This document shows positions 28,355-39,855 of a stretch of DNA of 64,000 nt, piece after piece. The stretch is taken from NCBI GenBank assembly GCA_044356455.1, contig JBIKWF010000003.1, positions 60,413-124,412 on the forward strand, written 5' to 3'. A model generated the notes under the pieces. That model searched no databases. It was not told the DNA's origin and saw only the letters and a program-made list of their open reading frames with translations. This stretch comes from Bdellovibrionota bacterium (GTDB lineage: Bacteria > Bdellovibrionota_C > UBA2361 > JBGSMV01). The stretch's first letter is position 1, and every line of letters starts with the position of its first letter. Position numbers and translations under genes: made by a program.

Positions 28355-30067
28355 ATGTTATTTCAAGACTTCGGGCTTGATGCCCGCGTGTATGCTGGTA
28401 TCCCGAAAGAGTATACTGAGCCTACGCCCATTCAACGCGATGCAATTCCCTCTGTAATTCAAGGCAAAGACGTTCTTGGCCTTGCTCAAACGGGAACCGG
28501 AAAAACAGCCGCGTTTGTACTTCCCATTCTCCATAGAATTGTGAACGGACCTCGCGGAGTGGTCCGCGCGCTTATCATCGCTCCCACTCGTGAGCTCGTA
28601 GAGCAGATTAATCAGTGCGTCCAAGAATACGGCTCTCAAACTGGCCTTAGCAGCTGCACCATTTACGGCGGCGTCAATATGCAGGGTCAGGTCAAACGCC
28701 TCCAGCGGGGTGTTGATATTGTCGTTGCGTGCCCTGGCAGACTTCTTGACCACATGGCTCGCCACACCGTTGATTTTAAGGCGCTTGAGGTGCTTGTCCT
28801 TGATGAAGCGGATCAAATGTTCGACATGGGATTTCTTCCTGACCTGAGAAGGATCATGAAGAAGCTTCCGCTCGAGCGTCAGAATCTGCTCTTCTCAGCA
28901 ACGATGCCTAAGGAGATTCGGCACCTTACTACTGAAATCTTGCGTAATCCCGTAACGATTCAAGCAAAGCACGAGGAAGCTCTCACCACTATCTCGCATG
29001 CCTTGTACCCCATCGATCAGAATCGCAAGGTAGACTTGGTCCTTGAGATCCTCAAAGGTCTCGACATGCAGTCAGTGCTTATCTTCACCCGCACCAAGCA
29101 CCGCGCGAAGCGTCTTGGCGTGACACTTGAGCGCGCTGGTTACAAAACGGCCTCGCTGCAAGGGAATCTTTCACAGGGCCGCCGAACAGAAGCCATGCAG
29201 GGATTTCGCGATGGTACTTTCCAGGTGCTTGTTGCCACGGACATCGCGGCACGCGGTATTGACGTGCAGAGTGTTTCTCACGTCATAAACTTCGACATAC
29301 CAGATACTGTTGCTGCGTATACCCATCGCATCGGCCGTACCGGACGTGCGGCGCGAACGGGAGATGCGTTTACCTTTGTGAGTCGCGAAGACGAGCCTAT
29401 GGTGCGTGATATTGAACGCACTCTCGGCACGAAGATTGAGCGCCGCAAGGTTGCGCTCCCCGCTCAGCAGCACAAGATGGTTGAAGTTGCTCGCGGCCCC
29501 GCTCGCGGCGAACAAGGTGGCGAAAGACGTTCGTACGGCAATCGCCCCTCATCCCGCCCCTCATCCAACGGCAGTTCATACGGCGGACGTTCCTACGGAG
29601 GAGGAAGTTCCTACGCTGGCCGCTCGCAGTCGGATCGCCCCTACGCTGGTCGTAGCTCAAGCGCCTCTGACAACGCGGAGAGCAGCGGTGAGGCAAGAGG
29701 AAACAGCGAAAGTCGTTCTGAATATCGTCCGCAAGGCCGATTTGAAAATGGCGACGCGACCCGAGGTAGGCCGGCCCACCGCAGTGGTGGCAGCTCCTAT
29801 CAGCCACGCGCTGGGCAAAGTGGCTCTGGCTCGTATGGATCTCGCGACGGAGATTCGCGCCGGGGAGCAGGAACTGGTTCAAGCGATAGGTTCCAGGGCG
29901 GATCTTCAAGAGACGGTCACAGACCCGCGGGCTCTAGTAATTACCGCGGGCAAAGGACGCAAGGAACCCGAAGTCAGGGACAGTCTCCTCAAGGACAGAG
30001 ATCTCAGCACAGCGGCGGTAGTTCATCCTACCGTTCTGAGAGATCCTCCGGGCGCTCTTCAAGATAG
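28355..30067 (+). CDS. DEAD-box RNA helicase (RhlE-like) with long RG/RS-rich disordered tail
   Basis: PTPIQ, AQTGTGKT, PTREL, DEAD, SAT, ARGID, HRIGRTGR. Confidence 0.95.
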   Translation: MLFQDFGLDARVYAGIPKEYTEPTPIQRDAIPSVIQGKDVLGLAQTGTGKTAAFVLPILHRIVNGPRGVVRALIIAPTRELVEQINQCVQEYGSQTGLSSCTIYGGVNMQGQVKRLQRGVDIVVACPGRLLDHMARHTVDFKALEVLVLDEADQMFDMGFLPDLRRIMKKLPLERQNLLFSATMPKEIRHLTTEILRNPVTIQAKHEEALTTISHALYPIDQNRKVDLVLEILKGLDMQSVLIFTRTKHRAKRLGVTLERAGYKTASLQGNLSQGRRTEAMQGFRDGTFQVLVATDIAARGIDVQSVSHVINFDIPDTVAAYTHRIGRTGRAARTGDAFTFVSREDEPMVRDIERTLGTKIERRKVALPAQQHKMVEVARGPARGEQGGERRSYGNRPSSRPSSNGSSYGGRSYGGGSSYAGRSQSDRPYAGRSSSASDNAESSGEARGNSESRSEYRPQGRFENGDATRGRPAHRSGGSSYQPRAGQSGSGSYGSRDGDSRRGAGTGSSDRFQGGSSRDGHRPAGSSNYRGQRTQGTRSQGQSPQGQRSQHSGGSSSYRSERSSGRSSR

Positions 30068-30087
30068 AGACTTGTAATACTGCTCTA

Positions 30088-30132
30088 GAAAACGCCCTTC
30101 CGGTACTTTGTACCGGGAGGGCGTTTTTCTTT
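30088..30132 (+). terminator. Rho-independent terminator of the helicase gene
   Basis: aaaacgcccttccggtac-ttt-gtaccgggagggcgttttt followed by a T-rich run. Confidence 0.85.
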
Positions 30133-30178
30133 AATGGTAATGCGCTTGAGGAAAAAGCGATTGACGACAATGCCAATA

Positions 30179-30203
30179 GAAAAACCCGCTTCGAAGGCGG
30201 GTT
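30179..30203 (-). terminator. Rho-independent terminator on the minus strand
   Basis: Minus strand aacccgccttcgaagcgggtttttt: stem-loop plus U-tract downstream of the small basic ORF. Confidence 0.8.
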
Positions 30204-30253
30204 ACAATAATCGATAAAGTCGCCTCTCCTAAAAAAGGAGGGCGAGCATCAGC

Positions 30254-30388
30254 TTACTTAGCAAGAAGCTTAGAAAGCTTATCTTCCGTGACCTTTTGCT
30301 CACGGCGCATCTTCAACTGACGCTTCTTCAAATTCTTGGCGTCGCGGTGATTTCTTCTATTCCAGGTAACTTTTGTAGGTGATGCCAT
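30254..30388 (-). CDS. Small highly basic protein (44 aa), unknown function
   Basis: MASPTKVTWNRRNHRDAKNLKKRQLKMRREQKVTEDKLSKLLAK; purine-rich SD-like GAAGAGAAG upstream and a terminator downstream. Confidence 0.65.
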   Translation of the reverse strand: MASPTKVTWNRRNHRDAKNLKKRQLKMRREQKVTEDKLSKLLAK

Positions 30389-30533
30389 AACAATCTTCTC
30401 TTCAAAAAACTTTCCGCGGGAGCTACTTCCAATGCAGCTGCCTCTAATGCCCTCAAGGCACTGCCTCAAAAAGCCAGCACCGTCAAAGCTGCGGTCCCAG
30501 AACTTGAGGCCCCAGAGGGTTACTGATTTTTCG

Positions 30534-33134
<2,601 letters not shown>

Positions 33135-33233
33135 TTACGGGCTCGGCGCCTGATGGCGTTATAGAAGCCCCAAAATGTATAAAATCAGTAGTAGTATAGG
33201 CTTCTTAATCTATTTCCGTAAAGCCTGAATCGG

Positions 33234-34337
33234 TTAGAGATCTACAAGAGAAACAACACCTTGCGACACTTCAAAACAGCGTATCGGCAAGCCTTCAGTG
33301 AGCATCTCTTGGCGCCTTGAAACCCCGGTTATAAACACCTGCCTACCCCCTTTTTTGACCTCATCAAGAAGGGACTTACAGCGCCCACTGTCAAGCTCTG
33401 AATCGAAGTCATCGAGTATCAAAAGAGGAGAATCGTGGCGGTGTTCTTCAATCAAACCAACCATGGAAAGTTTTAACGCCAAAACAAGACTCCTGGATTG
33501 CCCTTGGGAGGCATACGCCCTGGCTTCATTGCCCCCGAAGAGAATTTCCACGTCATCGCGCTGCGGCCCAAGCACACAAGCCTTAAGCAGCTTCTCCCGC
33601 TGGCGCACTTCAGCCAATTTCTGCAGCGCCGCTTCCTCCGTGCTAGGAAAAGAGCTTCGAAGCCTAAGGCTTAGTGCTCCATCACCTGGCGCAATTGCGT
33701 GCATACAAAGCGACGCTCGAAGTTCTACCCGGTCAAGAAAGTCGCGGCGTGCGGCATTCACCGCTACTCCAGCCGAAGCAAGCATATGGTCACAAACATC
33801 AAGGGCTGCTTCGTCTACTTGTTTTTCTTTTAGAATTTTTGATTTTGTTTTTACCGCGCGATGGATTTGCATCAGCTCTCGAGCCAGCGGCGGAAAACAA
33901 TCGATTAGGTGTTTATCTAAAAATCTACGCCTAAGGGCCGGGGCGCCTTTGATAAGTGCGATATCGGTAGGGGAGAAAGTAACGGCAAGAAGTTTGCCGA
34001 GAAAGTCTGTCATGGAATTCAATTTCTGCCCGTTGAGAAACGCCTCTTTACTGCCATCATCAAAAGACATCCCAAGAGGATAGCGTCCCTCCGGCGCGTT
34101 CGTAGGCTCGGCAATAATCTCAGCAAACACGGAAGATTGAGTAGTGTTCCAACGCGAGAGCTCGGAGGTAGAAGAGGTACGAAAGGAGCGCGCAGCAGAA
34201 AGTAAATGAATCGCTTCTACGAGGTTTGTTTTTCCCTGACCATTCCGGCCCGTTATGATGTTGAGGCGCGGAGAAAATGAAACAGTTTGATCGGCTAAGT
34301 TTCTAAACTGATAAACGGAAAGAGATTCTATGCGCAT
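33234..34337 (-). CDS. recF: DNA replication/repair protein RecF
   Basis: FRNL, GRNGQGKTN, RRRFLD, GPQRDD, SQGQ, LILDDFDSELD. Confidence 0.95.
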   Translation of the reverse strand: MRIESLSVYQFRNLADQTVSFSPRLNIITGRNGQGKTNLVEAIHLLSAARSFRTSSTSELSRWNTTQSSVFAEIIAEPTNAPEGRYPLGMSFDDGSKEAFLNGQKLNSMTDFLGKLLAVTFSPTDIALIKGAPALRRRFLDKHLIDCFPPLARELMQIHRAVKTKSKILKEKQVDEAALDVCDHMLASAGVAVNAARRDFLDRVELRASLCMHAIAPGDGALSLRLRSSFPSTEEAALQKLAEVRQREKLLKACVLGPQRDDVEILFGGNEARAYASQGQSRSLVLALKLSMVGLIEEHRHDSPLLILDDFDSELDSGRCKSLLDEVKKGGRQVFITGVSRRQEMLTEGLPIRCFEVSQGVVSLVDL

Positions 34338-34385
34338 TGCCCTTCACTAGATGACTTATTAAGAGATTCGCTAAAGAAAAACTGC

Positions 34386-35864
34386 CTACTCATAGGCAAG
34401 TTTGAGGGCCCGAACGCGTTCTTTATATTGAGCTTTATTTAATGAACCTGAACGATAGCTAGATTTGAGTTGAGCAATCTTGCTATCGAGCTCTGCTTCA
34501 AGACGATACGCAATTTCACGGTAGCGATCTTTGGTTATCCGTCCCTGGCGGTATGCCTCTTTGGCTGCGCGAATGCTACGGAAACTAGGCCGCGGCGTTG
34601 GCTTAGGCTCAGCAACTATCTTCTCAGCTCCATTCGATTGACCGGAGTTTTTTTGAGCGGGATTGTTTGCTGTTCCCGTTTCTGAAAACCGAGGTTGCTG
34701 AGGAGCCGGGTTATTCTTTGCTATCGTGGTGTTACCAGTGCCTGATGTAGAGCTTACTGATACGGTACCTGTTCCAAGCGGCACATTGCTTGCCGAGTTT
34801 CCCTCGGTAAATTTACCCACGAGTGAACTAAGTCCACTCATCATTGCGGCGAGCTTCTCCGGTGAAGTTGTCGGAATGGGACTCGCGTCGGCGATTTGGT
34901 CGAGTGGTTTGGGGCCGGATTGTGGTGCGCTCAGCGGCGCCTTATCTGAAGGAGGGGCGTAACTAGAAGATCCAAGCACTACGGTAATTCCGCCCTTCCC
35001 GCCCGCTTCTTGTGATGCCACTACTGCATCTTGGCTTTTACTTTCTGCTTCAACCTCACCTGCGGTGCTTACTTCAATTTTATTCTTAGAGGGAGAAAGG
35101 AGCGACCATGCTCCCCAAAGTAGCGCTGCGATAATAACGCCAAGAACTGCGTGGCCAGCCAGCCCGTGCCGTTCTCTCATCTGCTGCATGGCTTGCCAGT
35201 TCATGGCCTGCCAATTGGAAGTGGAGCGCGACATGGCTAAGACATGAGCACCACCAAAGGGGTACTGAATAGATGAGTGGTGACTTGGGCCATTTCCATT
35301 TTTACCACCTGGAACGCCAATCGGCTCAGCTACCAGGCGATTTGAGGTAAATCGGGGAATTGAGAATATTTTTACTGGCGAGCTAATCCCTTTCAGTTCC
35401 TGAGATCCAATTTCCTTAATAGGAACCTCGGCCTTATTCATTGCCAAGTAGACGGCTTCACTCAGGTAGACTTCATCTACTGGGGTAATGGCCTCTATGC
35501 GACTGGTAAGATTAACAGGATCGCCAAAAACGTCTGTTTTGGTAACGCGAACTTCACCTAAGCTCGCGGCAATTCGAATATGAATCTGCTCAGGCTCTGG
35601 CACCCCTAAATTGTACTCATGAAGTCTGTCTTGCATTGCCATGGCACAGAGCATGGCATCGGTGGGCGACTTAAAGGTCAAAAGAAGCGCATCACCTATG
35701 CTTTTAACGTGGCGACCTTTAAAGGCGCGCACTAATCGGAGGAGAAGCTGGTTGTGAGTTGATAACAACCGCTCCATTTGCTCGCGTGATAGAAGCGCCG
35801 AGCGCTCCGTATATCCGGCAATATCCGTAAGCAGGATACACAAGTTCTCTGTATTTACTGCCAC
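34386..35864 (-). CDS. Class III adenylate cyclase with one TM helix, low-complexity linker and C-terminal SHOCT-like repeats
   Basis: ILLTDIAGYT, VKSIGDA, DVFGDPVNLTSRIE, LKGI; TM AVLGVIIAALLWGAWSLL; AAGGAAG SD before the GTG. Confidence 0.88.
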   Translation of the reverse strand: MAVNTENLCILLTDIAGYTERSALLSREQMERLLSTHNQLLLRLVRAFKGRHVKSIGDALLLTFKSPTDAMLCAMAMQDRLHEYNLGVPEPEQIHIRIAASLGEVRVTKTDVFGDPVNLTSRIEAITPVDEVYLSEAVYLAMNKAEVPIKEIGSQELKGISSPVKIFSIPRFTSNRLVAEPIGVPGGKNGNGPSHHSSIQYPFGGAHVLAMSRSTSNWQAMNWQAMQQMRERHGLAGHAVLGVIIAALLWGAWSLLSPSKNKIEVSTAGEVEAESKSQDAVVASQEAGGKGGITVVLGSSSYAPPSDKAPLSAPQSGPKPLDQIADASPIPTTSPEKLAAMMSGLSSLVGKFTEGNSASNVPLGTGTVSVSSTSGTGNTTIAKNNPAPQQPRFSETGTANNPAQKNSGQSNGAEKIVAEPKPTPRPSFRSIRAAKEAYRQGRITKDRYREIAYRLEAELDSKIAQLKSSYRSGSLNKAQYKERVRALKLAYE

Positions 35865-35894
35865 GAGCTACTACTTCCTTGAAAGACTCACCTC

Positions 35895-37067
35895 TTACAG
35901 GCGCATCGGCATAACGATAGCAAGCGACGCTTCATCTTGTTCAGCGTAGAACTTGCCGGGACCAACTTCTCCATGCAGTTCTATCGCAAGCCCCTCACTT
36001 TCGGAAAGTGTGCTTGCGACTTCAAGAAGATACCCTGCATTAAATCCAATATTGAGGACCTCCCCTTCATACTTAAGGGGAAATTCTTCAGTTGCTTCTC
36101 CTAACTCAGGGGAAGAGCTCGATATCCTTAAGGAACCTGAAGAGAACGTAAGACGCACGCCTTTCTCTCTATCGGTTACCATAAGCATCACACGCCGCAG
36201 AGCGCTCACGAGATCTCCGCAATTGAGAGTAACCAGCAGACCCTTTTGTTGAGGAAGCACCTGGCTGTAGTCGGGGTACTGGGCCTCAATGAGACGTGAC
36301 GCCATTTTGAAATCGGATGTCTCAAGGATAAAGAATCCATCAACAATCCCAATTCCCACGTCCTTCTCGCCTTCCAATTCAAGTACCCGGCGAATTTCAG
36401 AAAGCGCCTTACGGGGAACAATGACTCGTCCTTCGAAACTAAGACTCGCTACAGGACGAGTGGTGAGCGCAAGCCTATGACCATCGGTAGCGACCATCCG
36501 TAAAAGAGCACCAGGAGAATCCTTCTTCTTTCCTTTGCCGCCCTTAGCTGTGCGTTCTTCCGAAGCACCATCTACTAGATGCTCAAAACAAACTCCGTTA
36601 AGATTAAAGCGGGTCTCATCATGCGACACTGCGTAGAGCGCTTTACTGATCATCTCAAGCAAGAGATGTGCACTTAGTTTATCGGGAGCTTCACAACTTA
36701 GGCCTGGGAGCGTTGGATACTCTTCTGCACTAGCCCCTATGATCTTAAATTTTGAGCCCTTGGCACTAATCTCAAGTCTCTCACCCTCGGTAAGGACTAG
36801 GCGAATATCGCCGTCTGGGAGCTCTCGTACGATGTCACCGAAGACTTTGGCATTGATAGTCGTGCTGCCACCAGACTTCACTTCGGCTTTTGCTTGAGCA
36901 ACTGCGCTAAGCTCCAAATCAGAAGCGGAGATTTTTACTAAACCTCCTTCTGCACTGATAAGGAGATTTGAAAGTATGGGCATCGTCGTGCGCTTTGCGA
37001 CGGCACTTTGAACGAGCTGCAAAGCTTTACTCAACTCAAGCTTGGTAACGAGAATATTCATGGACAC
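35895..37067 (-). CDS. dnaN: DNA polymerase III beta sliding clamp
   Basis: TMPILSN, ASDLE, ETRFNLNG, VATDGHRLA, IVPRK, YPDY, IGFNAGYL, MPMRL. Start at 37067 (GTG) or 37061 (ATG). Confidence 0.97.
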   Translation of the reverse strand: MSMNILVTKLELSKALQLVQSAVAKRTTMPILSNLLISAEGGLVKISASDLELSAVAQAKAEVKSGGSTTINAKVFGDIVRELPDGDIRLVLTEGERLEISAKGSKFKIIGASAEEYPTLPGLSCEAPDKLSAHLLLEMISKALYAVSHDETRFNLNGVCFEHLVDGASEERTAKGGKGKKKDSPGALLRMVATDGHRLALTTRPVASLSFEGRVIVPRKALSEIRRVLELEGEKDVGIGIVDGFFILETSDFKMASRLIEAQYPDYSQVLPQQKGLLVTLNCGDLVSALRRVMLMVTDREKGVRLTFSSGSLRISSSSPELGEATEEFPLKYEGEVLNIGFNAGYLLEVASTLSESEGLAIELHGEVGPGKFYAEQDEASLAIVMPMRL

Positions 37068-37077
37068 ACCTCACCAT

Positions 37078-37350
37078 GATTAGAATAGATATATATAAAT
37101 ATATAAGTAGTAGGGATAAGGCGCCCTTCACTCAGTGCAAAAGACCATTAACCTTACGTAATTTCAAATAAAATCGCTGACAAAAGCTGTGGAAAGTCGA
37201 CTCGCAAAAAAAGAAACTATCCACAGGCTCATATATTCTCAACAGGTTCCTCAAAATCCGCTCATACTTCACCGGATACCCCATAGGTTATCAACAGTAT
37301 TTGCCGGGAAAAATCTCGTATATTTATTGGTTTAGCTGAGTTTTCAACAG
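37078..37350. other. Replication origin oriC (dnaA-dnaN intergenic)
   Basis: DnaA-box-like 9-mers at 37134-37142, 37188-37196, 37217-37225, 37236-37244, 37288-37296 and 37341-37349 (1-2 mismatches to TTWTNCACA). On the minus strand a GC clamp (gggcgcc) is followed by CTACTACT (trio-like) and an AT-only run. Confidence 0.85.
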
Positions 37351-37422
37351 CTGGTAGTTTTGTGGTCTTAGCGCGGGGCTTTACCGGGAGCGCCTTTGGT
37401 TAGTTGAGGCCTGAAAAACTCC

Positions 37423-39327
37423 CTATCTACTCAAAAGCCTGCGTTCAATCTCTGCAACAAGTTCACGCACGCTCGTATCATTCCCTACTTTTGTTGAAAC
37501 CACGCCCGCTGCATGAATCACGCTTGAATGATCTCTGTTGCCAAAGTGGCTACCGATTTCAGGATATGAACAAGTGGTATGCTTGCGACAGAGATACATT
37601 GCAATATGTCTGGGGAAAGAAAGATTCTTTGTTCGTCTTTTTGAGATTATTTCTGACACTTTGAGATTAAAATGCTGCGCGACTGCTCGCTTAATATCAT
37701 CTACCGAGATGATGGTTTGTTTTGGTTGCAGCAAAGGTCGAAGCGCAGAATTCGCGACATCTAGCGTCAATGGAATATTCTGCAAGCTTGTAATGGCATG
37801 AACACGAGTAAGTGCGCCTTCAAGCTCTCGCACGTTGGAAAAGATTTTTTCGGCGATAAGCTGGGCCACATCTTCTGGAAGTGTAAAGCCATCGACCGCT
37901 GCCTTTCGACGAAGGATGGCGACACGCGTCTCGAAATCAGGTGCCTGTAAGTCAGCAGTAAGCCCCCACGCAAATCTGGTTTGCAAACGCTCTTCAAGGC
38001 CAGGGATATCCTGGGGAACCTTATCTGAAGTAATTACAATTTGGTGCTTAGCGTTATAGAGCGTATTAAAGGTGTGAAAAAACTCTTCCTGAGTACGCTC
38101 TTTACCGCTCATGAACTGAATATCGTCGATGAGAAGCAGATCAACGGATCGCATGCGGCGTTTGAACTCGTCCATCTTAGCGTTTCTTAACGCTTGGATG
38201 AGTTCGTTCGTGAATGTTTCTGAGGATTGGTACACCACATGCGCCGAAGGGTCGCGGTCGAGCAACGAATTCCCAATCGCATGCATTAAGTGAGTCTTTC
38301 CAAGCCCTACGCCGCCGTAAATGAAGAGTGGATTGTAGCTTTTGCCTGGCTCTTCTGCGACGCGCTGCGCAGCGGCATTACAAAACTGGTTATTATTGCC
38401 AACAACGAAATTGGAGAAGGTGTACTTGGGATTTAGGCCCGATTGAATTCTTCTTTCGTGTACTGAAGTTGCTCCCAGGGAGCTGGGGTTCGAAAGGGAC
38501 AGCGAAGAAGCAATTCCAGAAGCTCCACTTGCGCGTCCTTGCATGGTGGAGGCCCCATTGGTGGTCGAACCATGTCCGGAATCTAAGGAGGCCCCCCTAA
38601 GACCGAGCCCTTGAGTACCGACTCTGCCAGTTTGCTGATGGCCAGGTTGCTGGGAACTCCCGTGACTTGTAGCCGGAGTAGAAGCTGAACCTCTTAAGTG
38701 TAGAGCCGCGCTTGCCTGAACCGAAGGACGGTTCTTTTTCACGAAGATAGGAGCTTGGCGAACGGCGTTTTGCTGAAGTAAGGGGTCTACAAGAAATTTA
38801 ACACCGAAAGTTTGCGCTTCGAGCCACGCGGCTTCAGTCTCAAGGGAGTCAGATACTAGCGCCTGAGCCTCCTGGCGCAAAACGCACAACAGAATATCAG
38901 AAAAGTTCCCCTCTACGTGATTACGAATAAAAAGAGAGGGTGCCGTAACTACAAACTCGCGCTGCTTAATATCCAAAGCCGCAAGCCTAAGCGGTTTAAC
39001 GTAGGCGGAGAAAAGATGGGTATTAACCTCCGCCTTGAGCCGAACAAGACATTGATTCCAGAGTCGAGAGGCGAAGCTGGCTGAGGGGAGAGGGGCCTCC
39101 GAATTTTGGGCAAGAGCAGGCTCATCGACCTGCAGGTCTTGCCGCTGGATTTGCCGCTGGCTCTGAAGTTGCGCTTGCGAAGGAGCTTCTGCAGGGGAAG
39201 CCCCCGCATCTATTCTGCCAGCATCTAGTCGAGCTGCATCTAGTCGAGCTGCATCTAGTCGAGCTGCATCGATTCGGGTTGCAGTCGAATCTTCCGTCGA
39301 TTCTGGCACTACCTGTGCTGAACTCAC
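37423..39327 (-). CDS. dnaA: Chromosomal replication initiator DnaA (extended N-terminus and domain II)
   Basis: LNPKYTFSNFVVG, YNPLFIYGGVGLGKTHL, DLLLIDDIQF, QEEFFHTFN, NVRELEGAL, RDHSSVIHA. GTG at 39327 follows GGAG at 9-nt spacing; TTG at 39345 is the alternative. Confidence 0.97.
   Translation of the reverse strand: MSSAQVVPESTEDSTATRIDAARLDAARLDAARLDAGRIDAGASPAEAPSQAQLQSQRQIQRQDLQVDEPALAQNSEAPLPSASFASRLWNQCLVRLKAEVNTHLFSAYVKPLRLAALDIKQREFVVTAPSLFIRNHVEGNFSDILLCVLRQEAQALVSDSLETEAAWLEAQTFGVKFLVDPLLQQNAVRQAPIFVKKNRPSVQASAALHLRGSASTPATSHGSSQQPGHQQTGRVGTQGLGLRGASLDSGHGSTTNGASTMQGRASGASGIASSLSLSNPSSLGATSVHERRIQSGLNPKYTFSNFVVGNNNQFCNAAAQRVAEEPGKSYNPLFIYGGVGLGKTHLMHAIGNSLLDRDPSAHVVYQSSETFTNELIQALRNAKMDEFKRRMRSVDLLLIDDIQFMSGKERTQEEFFHTFNTLYNAKHQIVITSDKVPQDIPGLEERLQTRFAWGLTADLQAPDFETRVAILRRKAAVDGFTLPEDVAQLIAEKIFSNVRELEGALTRVHAITSLQNIPLTLDVANSALRPLLQPKQTIISVDDIKRAVAQHFNLKVSEIISKRRTKNLSFPRHIAMYLCRKHTTCSYPEIGSHFGNRDHSSVIHAAGVVSTKVGNDTSVRELVAEIERRLLSR
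39206..39270. repeat. 15-bp coding tandem repeat in the dnaA 5' end (LDAAR)
   Basis: gcatctagtcgagct exact x3 at 39221-39265 with degenerate flanking units. Confidence 0.9.
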
Positions 39328-39656
39328 AAATCGGTACTCCGGCAAATCGTTAAAAATATAAGAGGGTTAGCATCCTAGCCTCCTCTCTTAAACAAACAGC
39401 GATCATGCACCAGTTATTACTGGCGGATTTTGCATCCCGTCTTGGATCCCCATGACGGAATGCGCTCAATCATCACCTTATGAGGGAACGAAGATCGCTG
39501 AAGAGTAAACGACACTTATAATCTGCCCCCCTAAGGTGGGCAGGCCTTTCAATAAGTGACCAAAATCCCGCAGGACTCAAACGCAAAGCAGCTAAAAACT
39601 TAGCAATGCTGCAATTGGACAATACGCAGCGCATTAAGCAACTGTGCATATGCGGG

Positions 39657-39776
39657 GAGAACCAACGACCGGAAAACCAACTACTTAAAAACCGACTCAA
39701 TAAAAATTCACTCAATAAAAATTCACTCAATAAAAATTCACTCAATAAAAATTCACTCAATAAAAATTCACGGCCA
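39657..39776. repeat. 15-bp AT-rich tandem array upstream of dnaA
   Basis: actcaataaaaattc exact x5 at 39695-39769, plus degenerate units in the same register back to 39657. Confidence 0.95.
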
Positions 39777-39814
39777 TTCCTTGCGCTCGTAGCTCTTGCG
39801 ATAGAGAAATTCGC

Positions 39815-39855
39815 AACAGGCCCAAAAGAAGTAACAGGGCCTAAAGAAGTAACAG
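39815..39855. repeat. 18-bp tandem duplication
   Basis: aacaggcccaaaagaagt / aacagggcctaaagaagt / aacag. Confidence 0.8.

Noticed and set aside
29406..30077. Alternative-frame ORF over the helicase tail (frameshift product?)
   Set aside because: The main frame gives a typical RG/RS-rich tail and no frameshift signal is evident.
33298..34083. 261-aa ORF antisense to recF
   Set aside because: Typical antisense shadow, Ser/Arg-rich, with no motifs.
39657..39776. CRISPR array
   Set aside because: Units are head-to-tail 15-mers with no unique spacers, and no cas genes are present.
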